Part shown: in pieces, positions 14,301-29,300 of the stretch
Layout: each line of letters begins with the position of its first letter
Position numbering within the stretch: the stretch's first letter is position 1
Assembly (NCBI GenBank): GCA_903813345.2
Contig: CAIIXF020000001.1
Span: 42,718,001-42,782,000 of the forward strand
DNA length: 64,000 bases
Direction: 5' to 3'
Source of the DNA: Owenia fusiformis
Taxonomy: Eukaryota
The notes under the pieces: generated by a model
The model's database searches: none
Told to the model about the DNA's origin: nothing
Seen by the model: only the letters and a program-made list of their open reading frames with translations
Program-made: the position numbers and the translations under genes

Positions 14301-17300
14301 AAAATTATTAGCCCAGGAGACTGTTCTCCAAACCGAGAATCGTCCTTTGTAAACATCAACTTAACATATAAGATAGCTGTACAATTTCAAGTGTGTAAAT
14401 TGAATGCTTTTGAAGTTATGACCAAAAAGAGGTGAAAAAATGGCAGCCAATATTTTAACTTTGTCAATGATTTGAAGTAGAGGATTACAAATGAGCCACA
14501 AATGTGTTGACAGACAGACGGACAGAAAGACACAGAAAGACACGGACAGATAGCTTGTAACATACACCGGACAGACACAGACAGATGTATTGTAACATAC
14601 AGACAGACAGACAGACAAGTGGGTGATTACAATAGCTCATCCATGTGAGCTAATAAAAAATAATGCAAATATGACACTTATATGACACTTGATATGACAC
14701 TTTATCAGGAACTGTCACAAAATTACACCCAACACACTTCATTTTTAACAAAACCATTTGTTAATGGAATGATTATCAAAAAAATGACGCAAATATGATG
14801 CATATATGACTTCTAATCAAGGTATTGTCAACAAATTACACCCAACACACTTCATTTTTTACAAAATCATTTGTTAATAGAATGATTATCATAAAAATGA
14901 CATAAATATGACACGTATATGACAGATAAGGTAGTGTCACTCTTCTTAGCATCAAATATTCTGATATGATAAAAAATTCCGCTATCAATTTCATATTAGC
15001 ATATTGTTGAGACACTTTTAGCTCTTCAATCAAAATTTATTCTACTTTGGAAAAATGACTTTGACAAATTATATGTAATTATTGGTAATTTTTCATAGGA
15101 ATTGGAAATTAATACTAAATGATACCATTATATCTGCATTGAATCTGATCGTATCCCACTGAACATTAATTGCTTTTGAGTTTATGAAAACCAAAATAGA
15201 TCCCACCACATGAACAAGCTCGTGTTTACCATTTAATTATCGTTAATGTTTACACTGTAGATTATCAAAGGGGTTTGGTGCTTAAGTTGCTCTTGTATTA
15301 AGGCAATAAATTGCGTTTTGAAAAGTAGAATGTCTGCATGCAATGGCATAAAATGACCCCCCCCCTCCAATATCCACCTTCATATCAATCGCAACTTACA
15401 TGTTTTTGTGCAACAGCCTGACATAGGTTCATTAGCCACTGCTGTATATCGTCACCATTGGCTGCTGCAAGTACGAGAATGTTCCCATTGGACAGAATCA
15501 CTTCAAACGAATGATCACGATCTGACTGTGTACTTCTCCTGCATCCTAGGCATTCTTCACCTCTACAATATGGATTTACATTAACATGAACAATGTACAA
15601 CAATATATCTGTGGTTGTGTAATCGAGATATATATATTTATATCTATTTACGAGATTGCAGAGTACTGAATAAAATATCTCGAAAAATGTCCATCATTTA
15701 ATATTTTTGTATTTTTTACATCATGTATGTATGCAATTAATAATGTTCATTTTAATGCCAAACTTGAATGACCAATGTTACATTATACATTATATTATAG
15801 TTGAGTTATGGCTGCTATATTAACGTGGACTATTGTAAAATGTTGGCAACTACAGATATACATTTCTATAATAATTAAGCAATTTTATAAAGCAATTGTC
15901 ATCCATAGTGGTTGTAATTTTGGGAACTGTTCTTTGAATGTTATGTCATGGTATGGGATATTTGGGCTTGTTTTTAGTTGTACTTTTCAATGTTACTTTT
16001 TGTACCTGTGTAAATGTGTTTAGTCTTTTACCCTTACGTCCTGTGCCTAGATATTCATTCTTCGAATGAGAAAAGTAAAGCGTAGAGATGGGCAATAACT
16101 TGAAAATGAATGTGTCATTTAGAACTGCCTCACTAAAATGTTCACATTTAGGCCTATGCGCTAATATATATTTATAGGGTTATTCACATTTAGAGCTTTT
16201 TGTTTTACGTCCTTTTCATTCGGTCAATATAACAAAGTATGAATCAATACATGATTTAAGTAAACAAAAACTAATTCTTTTAAGTGGCACAAATGACTAG
16301 GAGGACATTATTTATGATCAGACTGCACCTTTAGACAATATGATTGAATCTAGAAATAAAATAATAACGTATCTGTTAATATCTCACTTTGGTAAATGGA
16401 TTTAAGTAGGCTTTTATCATAGAAGTGAGGCCTCAGATAACAAAGTTATTACCTCAGATTTCCTTAGTGCCAATTATTGGCAGCACAAGAAGCGGAAAAA
16501 TAAAATAACTCATTCCAAGCCCTTTGATCCTCGTAATTAACAATGGTCCTGTTCATCATATTCAACACACTTTCATGTATCAAATTTCCTTTTATTGGTC
16601 CCAACTTACGATAAAATGACATCATGAGCATGTTTCAAATACAAATAAATAGAAAGATGGGTAATTTATGATGAATAAATGCAAAGTATTAATTAATATC
16701 AGGAGACTACAGTCTGCAACAATAGCTCCTGTCTTGGAGGGATGCTCTTTAACTATGATCTACATCAATAATCTGCAAAATGCTGATAAACCCATTTTAA
16801 GCAGATATGTAGTTTAAAAGTGATAGAATTTGAATAGAAACTTATGCCATCAAGTGACCAATGCCATTAAGCAAGAAGCCCAAGGTATGCACTGTGACTA
16901 GGGTGGTTCTGAAAATGTTAACAATTTAGAGTTTAATGGTACAACTGGTAAATCACTATGATGATAATAATGTATTAATAATTATGGGGGAGGGGATATA
17001 TGGATAATATATGATAACAGGTGCTGTGAATGCCCTCATTATGAGCAAGGGGTTTGTAGTCACTGGTATGTTTTCCAGCTAATCCAAAAAAATCTTTGGA
17101 CATATCTAGATTGTAGGGAACTAGTGTGAAACAGCCTGACCACTTTGTGGCACGATGCCTTCTCCAAATGATTTGGCTTATTTTTCCAGGTCAAAATGGA
17201 GATAATAATAGAGAAATGGATGCAGTTGTAGAACATTCCAAAAATGACTTCCATGACCCACCCCGAGTCCTTGTTCAAACTTATGACTCACCCCAAATGT

Positions 17301-20300
17301 ACAGCTAATATTGGAGACTGGGTGCTGTTTGCATCTGTATATTGGAATAAAGTCCCATTTCTGGAAATATAAGAAAACACAGCATCATAAAAATTTACAG
17401 TCTGTTTTTAAATGACTGATATTTTTACTTTTTCATTAAGGCACTAGTATATCTCAACACAGTTACTCAAAATTGCAAGGTGGTGGAACTTGGATTCAAA
17501 AAGACCCTACTCTACTTAAGTACTCCACTCTCCTAAAGATGATCACTTGCTTCCCACTAAATTCTACAAGTCATAATTGCTGTTAACAGCTAGTTTTTGC
17601 CTAACTACTTACTCATTCTTGTTAATGAGATATTAATGAAAGTGAAAATTAATTTTAGAATATTGCCGCCACAACCCACAATCCACAATCAAAAGCAATA
17701 ATTCATCAACTACACATCCTACACATAAGAGACAAGGCATTGACATGACAATATGTCACCACCTAGTTGCTCACAATATTGTTAGTTCAATCTTAAGTCA
17801 GATTTGAATTCCTGAAAACGTATATGATTTTGAAAAAAAAATTCGAAGCAAGTTGAAAAAATACCTTTTTGACCTTAAAAAGGTCATTGTAAAGGTCAAA
17901 TTTTTTTTTTACCTTGAGATCACCAACCGCTGTCACAAAAATGGAGACCATAATAATCTGATTGTAGTGGTATAATATTTATTTTCGAAAGCTTTCAAGC
18001 CCCCATACAAAATTTGAAAATACAGTTTAATCAATCAAATATTACTTTTCATGACTTGAAAAACCATTTGAGACATTTTTTGAATGAGATTCAATGAAGC
18101 ATTTTGATAATATTGTGTAAGACTATAATATACAAGTATAGGTCAAAATGGTTTTAACTTTATCGGATAAAAGTTCCCTCAGTTAAGTTACCTATTGGAA
18201 GCAAATTAACCTCCAGATAACATGACTTTTAGCCTACCACATGTCACCGTACAACAGGAGGTCAACAATGGAGCAGGGTCACCCCAATATATCAGGCTTC
18301 AATAAGGCCATTATATAAGACAAAATGGTTATTACTTCTCAAAATAAACCATATTTAAATATTAAAACAATAAAAATCAAAATTTACTCAAGAACTGATT
18401 ACCGTTGGATGCTGAAAGCCCAACTGTTTCCAATGTCTCTCCAGAGGCTGAATAAACAATGTTATAGGTGTTAAAAATATCCCCTTTTAAAAACAGGAAA
18501 AGTCAGTATGTGTCTGTAACTACTTATCTCAGTGAATTATACTGCAATTATATTCCATATTGCCTTATAATTCACCAAAGAGGGTCCTCCGACCTTGCAA
18601 ACAATATATAATGTCATTTGAGTCTATTTCTTGTCTATTTACCCCCAAAGGATTTTAATAATAGCAGGTCCAGGTTTTCTGGGATAGAATGAACTATCCC
18701 TACCCTGAATTGTACAAATTGATATTAATCTTTCAAGTAGTTTTACTGGTAAGTGCAGAAAGTCAAAAATAGAGAATTTTCTGAATTCGTTAAATAGGGT
18801 TACCATAATTCAAGATGGTATTAATAGAAGTGTTTATAAACTAGAAAACAGTAACTCCACAGAGTAGTAAATCCCACCGAACTCAATATGTTTAGATAAA
18901 AAGTGTCCATCTTGAAATTTTCTTCTTGAACAGAGCTTCTTTGTCCCTAGGTATCAGCATATAAAATTTGAACCAAATCAGTAACCTGGTATTTGGGTAA
19001 TTAAAGATTACATTTTAAACGACAAACAGTGGCCACTTTAATAGCGGCGTTTTTGAAAATTTCTTCTTGGATTGTTATTCAATTTAACTGTTATTCAAGG
19101 TGAGTGTCAATCAACTATTTTTCTTATTGCATGAGCATCTCTTTCAGCCATTTTTGTTTTTCCGCTATTTTTCCCATTCCTAACATATCTAAAAGTGATC
19201 GTCATGACATTTGCTACGAAGCATCATTGAAATCTATCAGTGTGAATTCATGTCAAATCAACCTGTTAGATAGATGAACGTAACCAGATACGAGGCAGAT
19301 ACGTGACAATCGCAGATGTTTTCTGCAGATTACATTAATTAATCAATGACATGGTAATCAATTATATAATCAATTATGTATTATGTATTCTGCTCACCAA
19401 ATATCCATTGTATGTAGAGAAAACACAAAGATCTGAAATATTTATTGTTTTTCTTCAAATTTGAATGAGAATTAAGTGCAGACCATAATGATTATCCTAA
19501 TAAATGAAGTTTGATAGGGATAGATTGACATTCTCTGTCCATCTACCCATTCGTCTCTCCATCCATTCGTCAATCCATCCCCAAGTCTATCTGTATATAG
19601 AAACACTAGAGCATAACTAAAATACTAAGTAGGCCTAGTCATATTTTCTTAATATTTGGTTGGAAGATGTAAAGGGCACCAAAATAGTCGACAGAAAATA
19701 GAGAATATAAAGACTTCAAAGAATGCGGTATAGATGATGCAGGATGTTATATGGATTCTGTATGCCACAGGGTAAAGATAAAAGATAGTTTTAAGTCACA
19801 TGGGCCAATCAGATTGCTTGAAATGTCATCATCATTGAATATTATGTTTGACATCTAATGCGTTCAATAGTAAAATGATATATAAATACTGTATTCTCTC
19901 CAATAAACGCACAGTGTGTTAACCAAATTATCCTGAAGATGTCTCAAATGACAAAATCCCCGGGATTTGTGAAAAAAAAGTTTGGACAATAATAGGGTGT
20001 TCCATGATTTTCCTCTTTAAAACTGGACTCACTCCAACTAGATAACATAGTATCATACCTTGATGTTTTCCTCATGCATTTATCAATCTGCTGAATGTGT
20101 TTCCGTGGGTTAATTGGCATATAATATGCATCAATATTGATGATAAACATCCACTCCAATTGCTCCGAGCAGGCGCCATTTTGGAAATTGACACCGATAC
20201 CTGAGTCAAAATCTAAAGGCTTCTTGTGTCTAAATGGTCTTCATAGTCGGGGAAAATATGTTTTATATCCATATAATGCTACTAAACATTTATAAACGAT

Positions 20301-23300
20301 TCAAAAAGGCAGAAGAATATTTATAGATCGGAACTCCCATGATGCACTGCGGGCACTGCAAGTTTGAGTAATGGCGACAGGCCCGAATTAACATTCATTT
20401 TAGCTTTTAACTCATCACTGTAAGGTTATCATGAACGTAGTTATAGCTTGGTTCTATCTATAGCAGTAAGTGAATAATTCAATATTACCCTATTATCGCT
20501 CGCTCGAATAAATTATATTTTTTCTTGATTTTTGTTTTTCAAATTGCCAGTCTTTCTTGGAAAAGTCGGGTGTGCATTTATTAGAGATAATACGGTATCA
20601 TCAATGATATTAGGTAACACTTTTCTCTAAACATACCGTATGTTTATTTATAATGATTAAAACAAAACGCAATCTCTATTATTTCATTTCCTCAGAGATG
20701 TAAATGATATCATGTTCTTAAAAATGATCCTATTATTGTATTGCAACACAATGACTGCAAATAACTAAATGCACTTAGGGTCAATCTGTGCTATTTCACT
20801 GCTGAAAGTGGATGATATAACAAAGAGAATCGGTCCTGGAAATGCCATCTTTCAATATGGTGGGATAGGACAGCCTTCAAATGAAAGCAACCATCCAATA
20901 AAATAACACCCCAAAATAAAAGGACAGTCTCCAATTGAAAGAAATGAATTCACATCAGGGAAAAACCTTAATACACGTACGTCACTAACACTTTAACAAC
21001 ATAAATTCCAATACATTTAATTCATATCCCTAATGATGATTACAAGTAAGGTTAATCAAAACTCATAATCTCTCTATAAACTTTAAGCTTATACGCCTGA
21101 GTCAATATGATCAGGGAATTAGATTTCCGATAAAACATGATTTATAATTTAAGATACACATAATGTGTTAAAAATCTATTTTCCCGTATTAATAAGCTTT
21201 TATAATTCGACTATGTCATATATATGGTATATGGATCCCCCCGGACATAATTGTACAACACAAGCACAAAAGACAGTAGTAAGTAATCCATACAAATACA
21301 GCCTTTTAAGCCTAATATAAAATAGGTTTATGAATTCTCACTAATCACTTGATCTGTAAGTCCTCCTAGATTCTGATACGAGTCACATCCTTCTTCTTTT
21401 ACAAAAAACATGCTCTGATATTATGAGATATATTCCTTAATATAGGCACATCTGATGGGGAAAGTTATTAAGTGTGATGGTTCTAATGTAATTACTACCC
21501 TTAATGGTCATACATTATATAATAGGCATTGTTTTCTCTTGTCACTGTCGCTTGATATTCAAACAGACATAGGTGATAATCATCACAGGTTTAATAATGA
21601 CCACAAAGATGAAATATAAGCCAAAATGAAATATCTCAAAACACCTCTTTAGGCTCTCTTGGATCACAATGTAATTCATTTTTATCATGATGGTCCACCA
21701 CCACCGTAATCTACTTTAAAATTTCCAAACATATTGAAAAATCTGTAGAATGTTTGCAAAAATTCCCTCTTTATTACTTGTACCAACAGAACAAACTTAT
21801 ATAAGTCTTCGATTTGTGCTGTAAAAATTACGTTTGGAAAAATAAATATAAACTTAGCAAAAGAAATGATTGTCCTCCTCTGCTAACAGATCACTCCTGA
21901 TGAATAAGCCTTATATACTGGTACAAGTAGAATTTTACATAACTAACTTGTCTAAATAGATCAATTCATTAAATTAGGATGATTTGGAAAGATTTCATGA
22001 TTTTTCATAACTTTTGAAAACATGTGCTATCACAAATCATGTACTTGTATGTACTACTGTGTCTTATGTGCTTGCTCTTTACAATTATGTGTGGAGTGGT
22101 CTATGTACCATATCTCAATTAACCCTGACATAGTCTACTTACAAAGTTCTGTCCAGACATAACTCAAGTTTATCAAGTCGCAACAAGTAGATTCATGTGG
22201 GAGAGTGTTGTTAGAACCCATTTTCAATAGTAAGAATATGGGTTCTTAAATAGAATATTAAAGCTTAACGAAGGCCTTTTTGAAAATTTTCGTTAGCTCT
22301 AAGATGAGGGAAACCCTAGAGCTTAGAGATGACAGACATAATTATGTCTCTTGCTTACCATGTTTGTTTGTCCAAATTCTCACCAACTAGTTTCTGAAAA
22401 CAACACATCGTTGTGATGTTTTAATCGATGTTAGCATATTCCTAACATCTTTCTTTATCTTCGTGTGAAATAACAAGCTATGATGTTGGTAAACACGCCA
22501 GAAATTAACATACATGTAATGCTATTCGAGGCGAAAATTAATGAAACTGACCACGAAATGACCTCATTTGTCTATTGATTCGACCAATCAGCGATGATGT
22601 CTTCTCAATACACATTTACATTACAGACATATGTTTTAATTCTCTGAACCCTGGGGTTTCCTCCTCCTCTTGTTATATTAGCTCAAAAAGAGGTTTGGAA
22701 AGACAGTGATGAAATGATCTCAGTACTTAGTATCGAGATTCCAATGGGCTCACTGTAAAGTGGCTACTTCCAGTAAGATGAATGGTAGTAATCATCCCCT
22801 GACAACAGGGCTCCAAAATCCAAAAGAAGGAGGATTGAGCTCTTAAGCTCTTAATTGCATCATGTGAGAAAATATACAAAAAATTCATTTGAATGGCCAC
22901 CTAATAATCCCATAAAAACTAATCAGTCCTTGATACTAGGAATATCTCTGAAAATTTCAAATCAAAAAGTAGAGGTATATACAGATAGGTAGATAGATTT
23001 GTCATTCCCTGGCCATTTGGGCATTTCCATAAACATTTCAAAGCACACTGAGAAGGTAGTTTGTGAGCCATCAGAAGAAGTGAGTTAAGCTCCCACAATT
23101 CTTTCATATTCTATCATATTCCGGGATTCCCCATTATATGACGTACAATCAAATTGCAGGATGTGATCACGTGAACAATCATGAGCACGTGCTCATTCAT
23201 TGAAATCGTGGAAATGGCGTTTATTTAAGTTTAACATCATTTCAACATCATCATTTCAAAACTACGGTAATACTTTTGAAGTTACTCGATCCAAACTTGG

Positions 23301-26300
23301 AGGGAATACTCATAAAACAACAGCAAACTTTGTGAGACCCATTTCAATGGCAAATGAGGCCTGTTTATAAAATTGGTCATCGAACGTGCCAAATACTACA
23401 GGTCATATTTGCGAAATCTCCCCCCCCCCTGATGAGCCATTGAGTATGTTGACACTTTTTAATTAAACCACACTCATTTATTTTGTTAGGAGTGTCTCAT
23501 CAGGTTGCACATAATCTATTGTTAATTACTTAACTGTCCACCTTAACATTCTAACGTGTAATGTTATAGTTCCAATGTAATTCCCTGGTAAAGAATGATT
23601 GATATACACACCTTAATTCAAAGTACCCTGGCTTCCACTTGGATTTGTTAGCTATAAAAGAGTTGGCCTGCACAGTTTTGTGTAGTAGTATTCCTGAATG
23701 GTTGGATGTATTATATCTTTCTGGCTGCAGGTCCTGCCAATGGACTAGACTATAGCTCTTCAAAGACACCTCATTCAACTGCAAATAATAAAATATAAGG
23801 TTATTCACTTGGTGGGATTGGATATAGGTTTATTCTCTGGGATAATATTCTAATATCTCCTAATTAAACTGAAAACATTACTATTCATATGTATAGTAAA
23901 CTAACTATCAACAATAGAACTATTTCAACATAAGTACTAATAACAATTTACTAATTACATTTACTAATCTACTTAGAGGGGCTAGATATGGGTTATATTC
24001 TCAGGGACAAGATATTTCCCGAGGACCCAACATACTACAGGGACTGTTCAGTAGCATAGCCATGCTGTAACATAATATACAATTCTCCTGCAGCCTCCTT
24101 GCATCTGACCTGGTATTTGTCAAAAACAAATGTCCACCTAAGCAACCATGCATTATCACTTCAAAAGTCAGATGGTAAGTTTTCTGTTTCCACAAATTAA
24201 AATACAAATATGCAAAATCATTATTTCTTAACTTACAGTTCCCCAAAATGAAATTAATCACATTTGAATTTTTGGCACAATGCTTTTGAAAATGATCTAT
24301 GTGGTAATTCGGGATAATTAAAACGGGTGCTTGAAATCAAAAATTAGCGTAGGAAATGTTCTGTGCTGCGCTCCTCAAATCGCTTATGACACGTGACTTT
24401 GTCAAAGATTCTTAAATCACATTGAACATATTTTCATTTTGTACTCAGTGTAAGTTGAGTTTCATTGCATAGAACAAAGTTATAACGCATTACTCTTCAA
24501 TAATCAAAAAGGAAATTGATTCAGTTAGCTGACTTATATAGATTAAAAAATTGTTTACCAAGTAATTTTTCCTTTTTCCTGTTATGAGCGGATATTAAAT
24601 ATGGTAAGATGTAAGCTAATAAGCCAGACCTTGTGGTTTAAGTGCATATGCTTCAGGACCTTCATGTTTACATACTTTGAATGAGGTAAAAAATGACAAT
24701 AGCTTTTTTTAATATCAGGTATGTAGAAAAACTGACACTCGAGGGGATCATTTATCCAACCACCAACATCTTAGGTCAGTAGAGACGTGATCCAATTCCA
24801 TTTATCACATCTGTGAGAATATTCTGCAGTTACTATATATACAAATACCTCTTACTTAAATAGATTCTACTACATTATTCGTAAAAGTTTCCTCACACCA
24901 CCCAGAAAAATCTGACCCATATTTTCTTGAAAAGTAAGCTTTTCAAGATTCTTCATCAAAATATAACAATAATTTTCTAGAAACTGGCAATGTTTTTCTT
25001 ATATTTTAAGCAAATGCACATACAGTAAAACCTGTAGAGTGGAACACCTCTGTAAGCGGAACACCTCCATAAGTAGAACACTTTTCAAAGACCCATAACC
25101 TATTGACTTATTGTTAAATGAACCTCTCTAGGTGGAACACCTCCCAAATGAAACACTTTTTAGAGGAACTGAAGGTGTTCAACATAGACAGCTTTTACTG
25201 TATTAGGCAATGTTTGTAAAGCAGAATTGGCTATTTTGAGATCCCTTGGAAGTTTTGGTTAGCCTGTTCATTAAGGCTGGCTGAGGGCATGTACATTTAA
25301 AGTATATAATTGGAAATAAATTGTACAGAGATTAAATGAAATATATTCAATTATCAATGTCTGTCAACTGAATTAATATAAGAAGTTAATCCAAATAGAA
25401 CGAGGTCTTACCTCTGTTTTTATACAAGGACAGAATAATGTTTTCTGTGACTTAGCGATAAGATATAACAAATGAACAATTATTAGCTCATGGCTTCATA
25501 TCAACTGTTCCTGCCAAAATGCATTGATTAAAAACAAGAATATCGCCTTTCAGGTAAAACATATGACAAGACTGAGTGAAAAGCTGACTAATCCAGTATC
25601 TTATAAATGTTGTCCATAAGGGAATATTAAAGATAATGGCCCTTAAAGTGGATATCGGGAAATGAAGGATATCACGAAAGGATTTTGTAAGTCTTTTATG
25701 TACTGTCCCCCTCTACTAACACACATTACCTGAGAATAATTAATTCAGAAAGATTTCCAATTTCTGTGATAAATTTCTGAGTGACCTTGTTTGAGCCAAG
25801 ATCGCAGAGGAATTAATCTGAGGAAGTGGCCACAAATTGACTTTGAATGTATATCTGCACCGACCAACTTTATTATAAATTCTATGGAGGATTCATGATA
25901 TCTAGGTTTACTGTGTTCATCAGAATGGATTCTTTGAGCAGAATCTTTATTGGTTGTCAAGCTTTAAAATACTGCATTATGTAACTCATATATAAGACAT
26001 TAATGATGGTCAAACATTTCTCTCAAACAGGGACTGGGTTGCACAGGTTTTTAGAAAATTGTTATTTGTTTTAGATGTCAATATTACCATGTGATTGCAT
26101 CTCAGGTATTTTGAATAAAACATAAAGCTAAGATTTCCCTCAGTCTAGCTGTACTATTCTATGTTATATTACCCATTCAGTATCTGCATTTTTTTCATTT
26201 TTTATATTTTTACAGATTTTTTATGAAACTTTCAGCATATGTTCCATATACATATATCTTGAGTATACATCAATATAAATATAATATAATCTTATAAGGA

Positions 26301-29300
26301 AGTGAACTTTTGGTTGCCATGGCAACAGCGAGACTTGGTTCCATGGAGCACCTTAAAAATTCAATGCAGGAAACATGTATTGAATGAAAAAAGCTTAATA
26401 TGTTTTTTGAAGATGCTATTTGTTTAAAATGTGTTGTCATAATAACAAACTAGTGATGTAATAGTGCCAACAGGTGAATGAACTCACTGTGCTGTCAACA
26501 CCATCTGTCAAAATAGGCTCACTCTCTTCACTAAAATTTTGGTTGAGCAGTTGTTTCCAACAGTGGAGCAAAATGGTGAATGAACTTATCAAAGAGCAGA
26601 GACTTTGCATTAAAATCTGTGTAAGACAAGGAAAAGACTTAAAGGACACCGTAAGAACATGTAAAGCAACATATGAAGACACTTGTTGCATTATCTCATG
26701 ATAAGAAGCTGGTTCAACAAGTTCAATATAGGTATCTCAACCATCAAAGATAAGAAAAAAGCAGGCGAAAAGGGACAGCAATATTGAAAGCATTATGATA
26801 ATTATTCAAACTACATGTATACATCCTGCAAATTTTGTCTTGTTCTGATCATTCCTGGTAATTTTAGAGCAAAAAGAAATGAATTTTTCAAATGCCCCTC
26901 GTATATTTCTTTGTGTTTTGTTTTGAAAGGTTGCGTTTCATATTTACTCTTTAAAAGAACTTTATTTCATCTATACTCTAAAATAAGAGATATTTCTTAA
27001 TCAAATCAGAAAATCATGATATTACATTTTTCTGCCCCCAAGTTTTTATTCATTTCCGATTTACTTCAATAAATGCTCTCTAGGGCCATTTAAGATTGAT
27101 ACCCCACATCCACTTCAAAACTGTATTATCCCCTAAAATAATCAAAAGGGTGGTGTGGTTACATAATGTTTTCATTATAAGTCTTACAAATGTGTTAGCC
27201 AATACTGGAACTGTCTTTTTACATAAAGCTTATAGCATGATGAAGTATTCAACCTGATTTTCATTTGATAACACAGGTTAATAGCAATTCAGCCTAAAGC
27301 CTAATTCAGTCTCCGTTTTCATTTCCTACTTTAGACATTATTTTAGATATTATACTAATGGATAAAGGGATCCTATATTTTATCATATTAGGTTGGAACC
27401 TCTGACAAATGAGCTAACTCTGAGCAACATTTTCAACCGGACAACCAACCAATGTGAGCAAAAGACTTTAACTACTCATCTACATCTACTAACTCATCTA
27501 CAAACAAGGCACTAACATGCAAAATGTCACCACCTGGCATTTGTTACAGACACCAAAAACTGACCACCCAATATAGACCGCTGAACACTATCCACAAAAA
27601 AGTTAGAGACTATATCAATATGTCGCCACTTGTCTAGTGGTGGTGACATAAAATTTTTTAAATATTAAATACAATACTACATATCTTAAAAAAGGTTTTG
27701 GATACATCCAATTTTAAACACGATACCCAGTGATAAATATCACACTTTTTAGAGCAATTGGTTACTTATATTATTGATGTAATTTAGCCATCATGCCAAA
27801 AACCTAATCAGATCTTGGCAGTAGTTTGCTCTTGCATCTGTAAAAAATTCTGCTGACAAGATTCATGTGGAGCCTGCTCACACGCCCGCGTGTCTGCCTT
27901 CAGTGCAAGACTATGGCAATATAGCACTTTTTCAAGGTACAATAAAAACACCATCTTTGCAGTAAAGCTAAAAATTTTAGATATTGAGAATAAAGGCATA
28001 AGATAAGTGACATGAGCCCACTTTTTCCAGATTCTCACAAATTCCTCTATATGTAATACAAAACTAAGGCTCTGATTGCATTTTTCTATTTTGAGAGAGA
28101 GACCTTACATAAATCTTGGAAAGAAGGTAAACAACTAGTTGTGACCTAGCAATTACATTAGAATACTAAAGTTCTCATTGAACTTCTTCATTGAATCGAT
28201 TACTGTCTTAATGATGGTTAAGTTGCTGTTACATATATCATCAAATATGTGAGTTTACTCTGCATCCTGATCTGAATATCGAAGTAATCTGCCTGGCTTT
28301 TATAAAAACATGTCTTCTTAAGTTTTAATTATCTTTTAATACAAATGTTATATTATGATGATCCTTTTAAACTAGCATCAGACTATTTATTAATAAGATT
28401 TGAACAAGAATGTATAAAGAGGCGCCTTAAGTATATCTTCTTTATCCGTCATGATGCGTATGCCTAAGTATTAATTTTCTAATGATATTCAACTGTCTCA
28501 TTGATAGACATCTCACAGGAGAATGTGTCAAATGCAGCATCTTATACCTATTTTCTTATCAGAATGAAATTGTGCTTTAGATTGATTATTTTCGAAAAAC
28601 ACATCCTACTGTGAAGAGATTGATAATACATAAGTATACACCCTATAATTAAGAAAGTAATGGAGGGTAGTGCATCATCTCTTCATTTTTAAATAAGTCA
28701 ATAAAACTCAGTTATAAAACTTGAAAATAAAACTGTATAGAAAATGTAATAATAGGCGAGACAAAAAAGTGGAGAAATTGAGTGAAAGGGATAATACTAT
28801 TAAATCTTTACAAGAAAAAAATGATTATGAGAATTTTGGCTAGCTACACTCAAGAATTGGTAAAAAATTGTGTTTTTCAGTCTCCTTACTCTGAATTCAC
28901 TGACTCTAACTTTCAATTCTTTGAATCATTGCTCTAAGAACACTCCCAAAGGTGAGTCAATTACATGACAGTCGTGTCTAATGATATTTTTTGATACTTT
29001 GTTGTATGGATTCTTCTTTGTACAGATGACAAGTCACAAGAAGGTTATTTATTACATTACTGGTACTTACATTAGAAAAGTACATAAAAAACAAGAAAAC
29101 AGCAACTCCAATAAGCAGCAAATCCCATCTACTTTAGTAGTTTCAAGTGATTCCTTTTGGAAATAAAGAATGTGGTAGTGCTGTCTCCTTTTGGTAACAA
29201 AAACACCCATGATGCATGCTTGTTTTTTATATGACCCAAATATTTCAAATGGTTTTCGAGTTATAGCTACAATGTTTCGTTTTTGTTCTGAAGTGGACAT

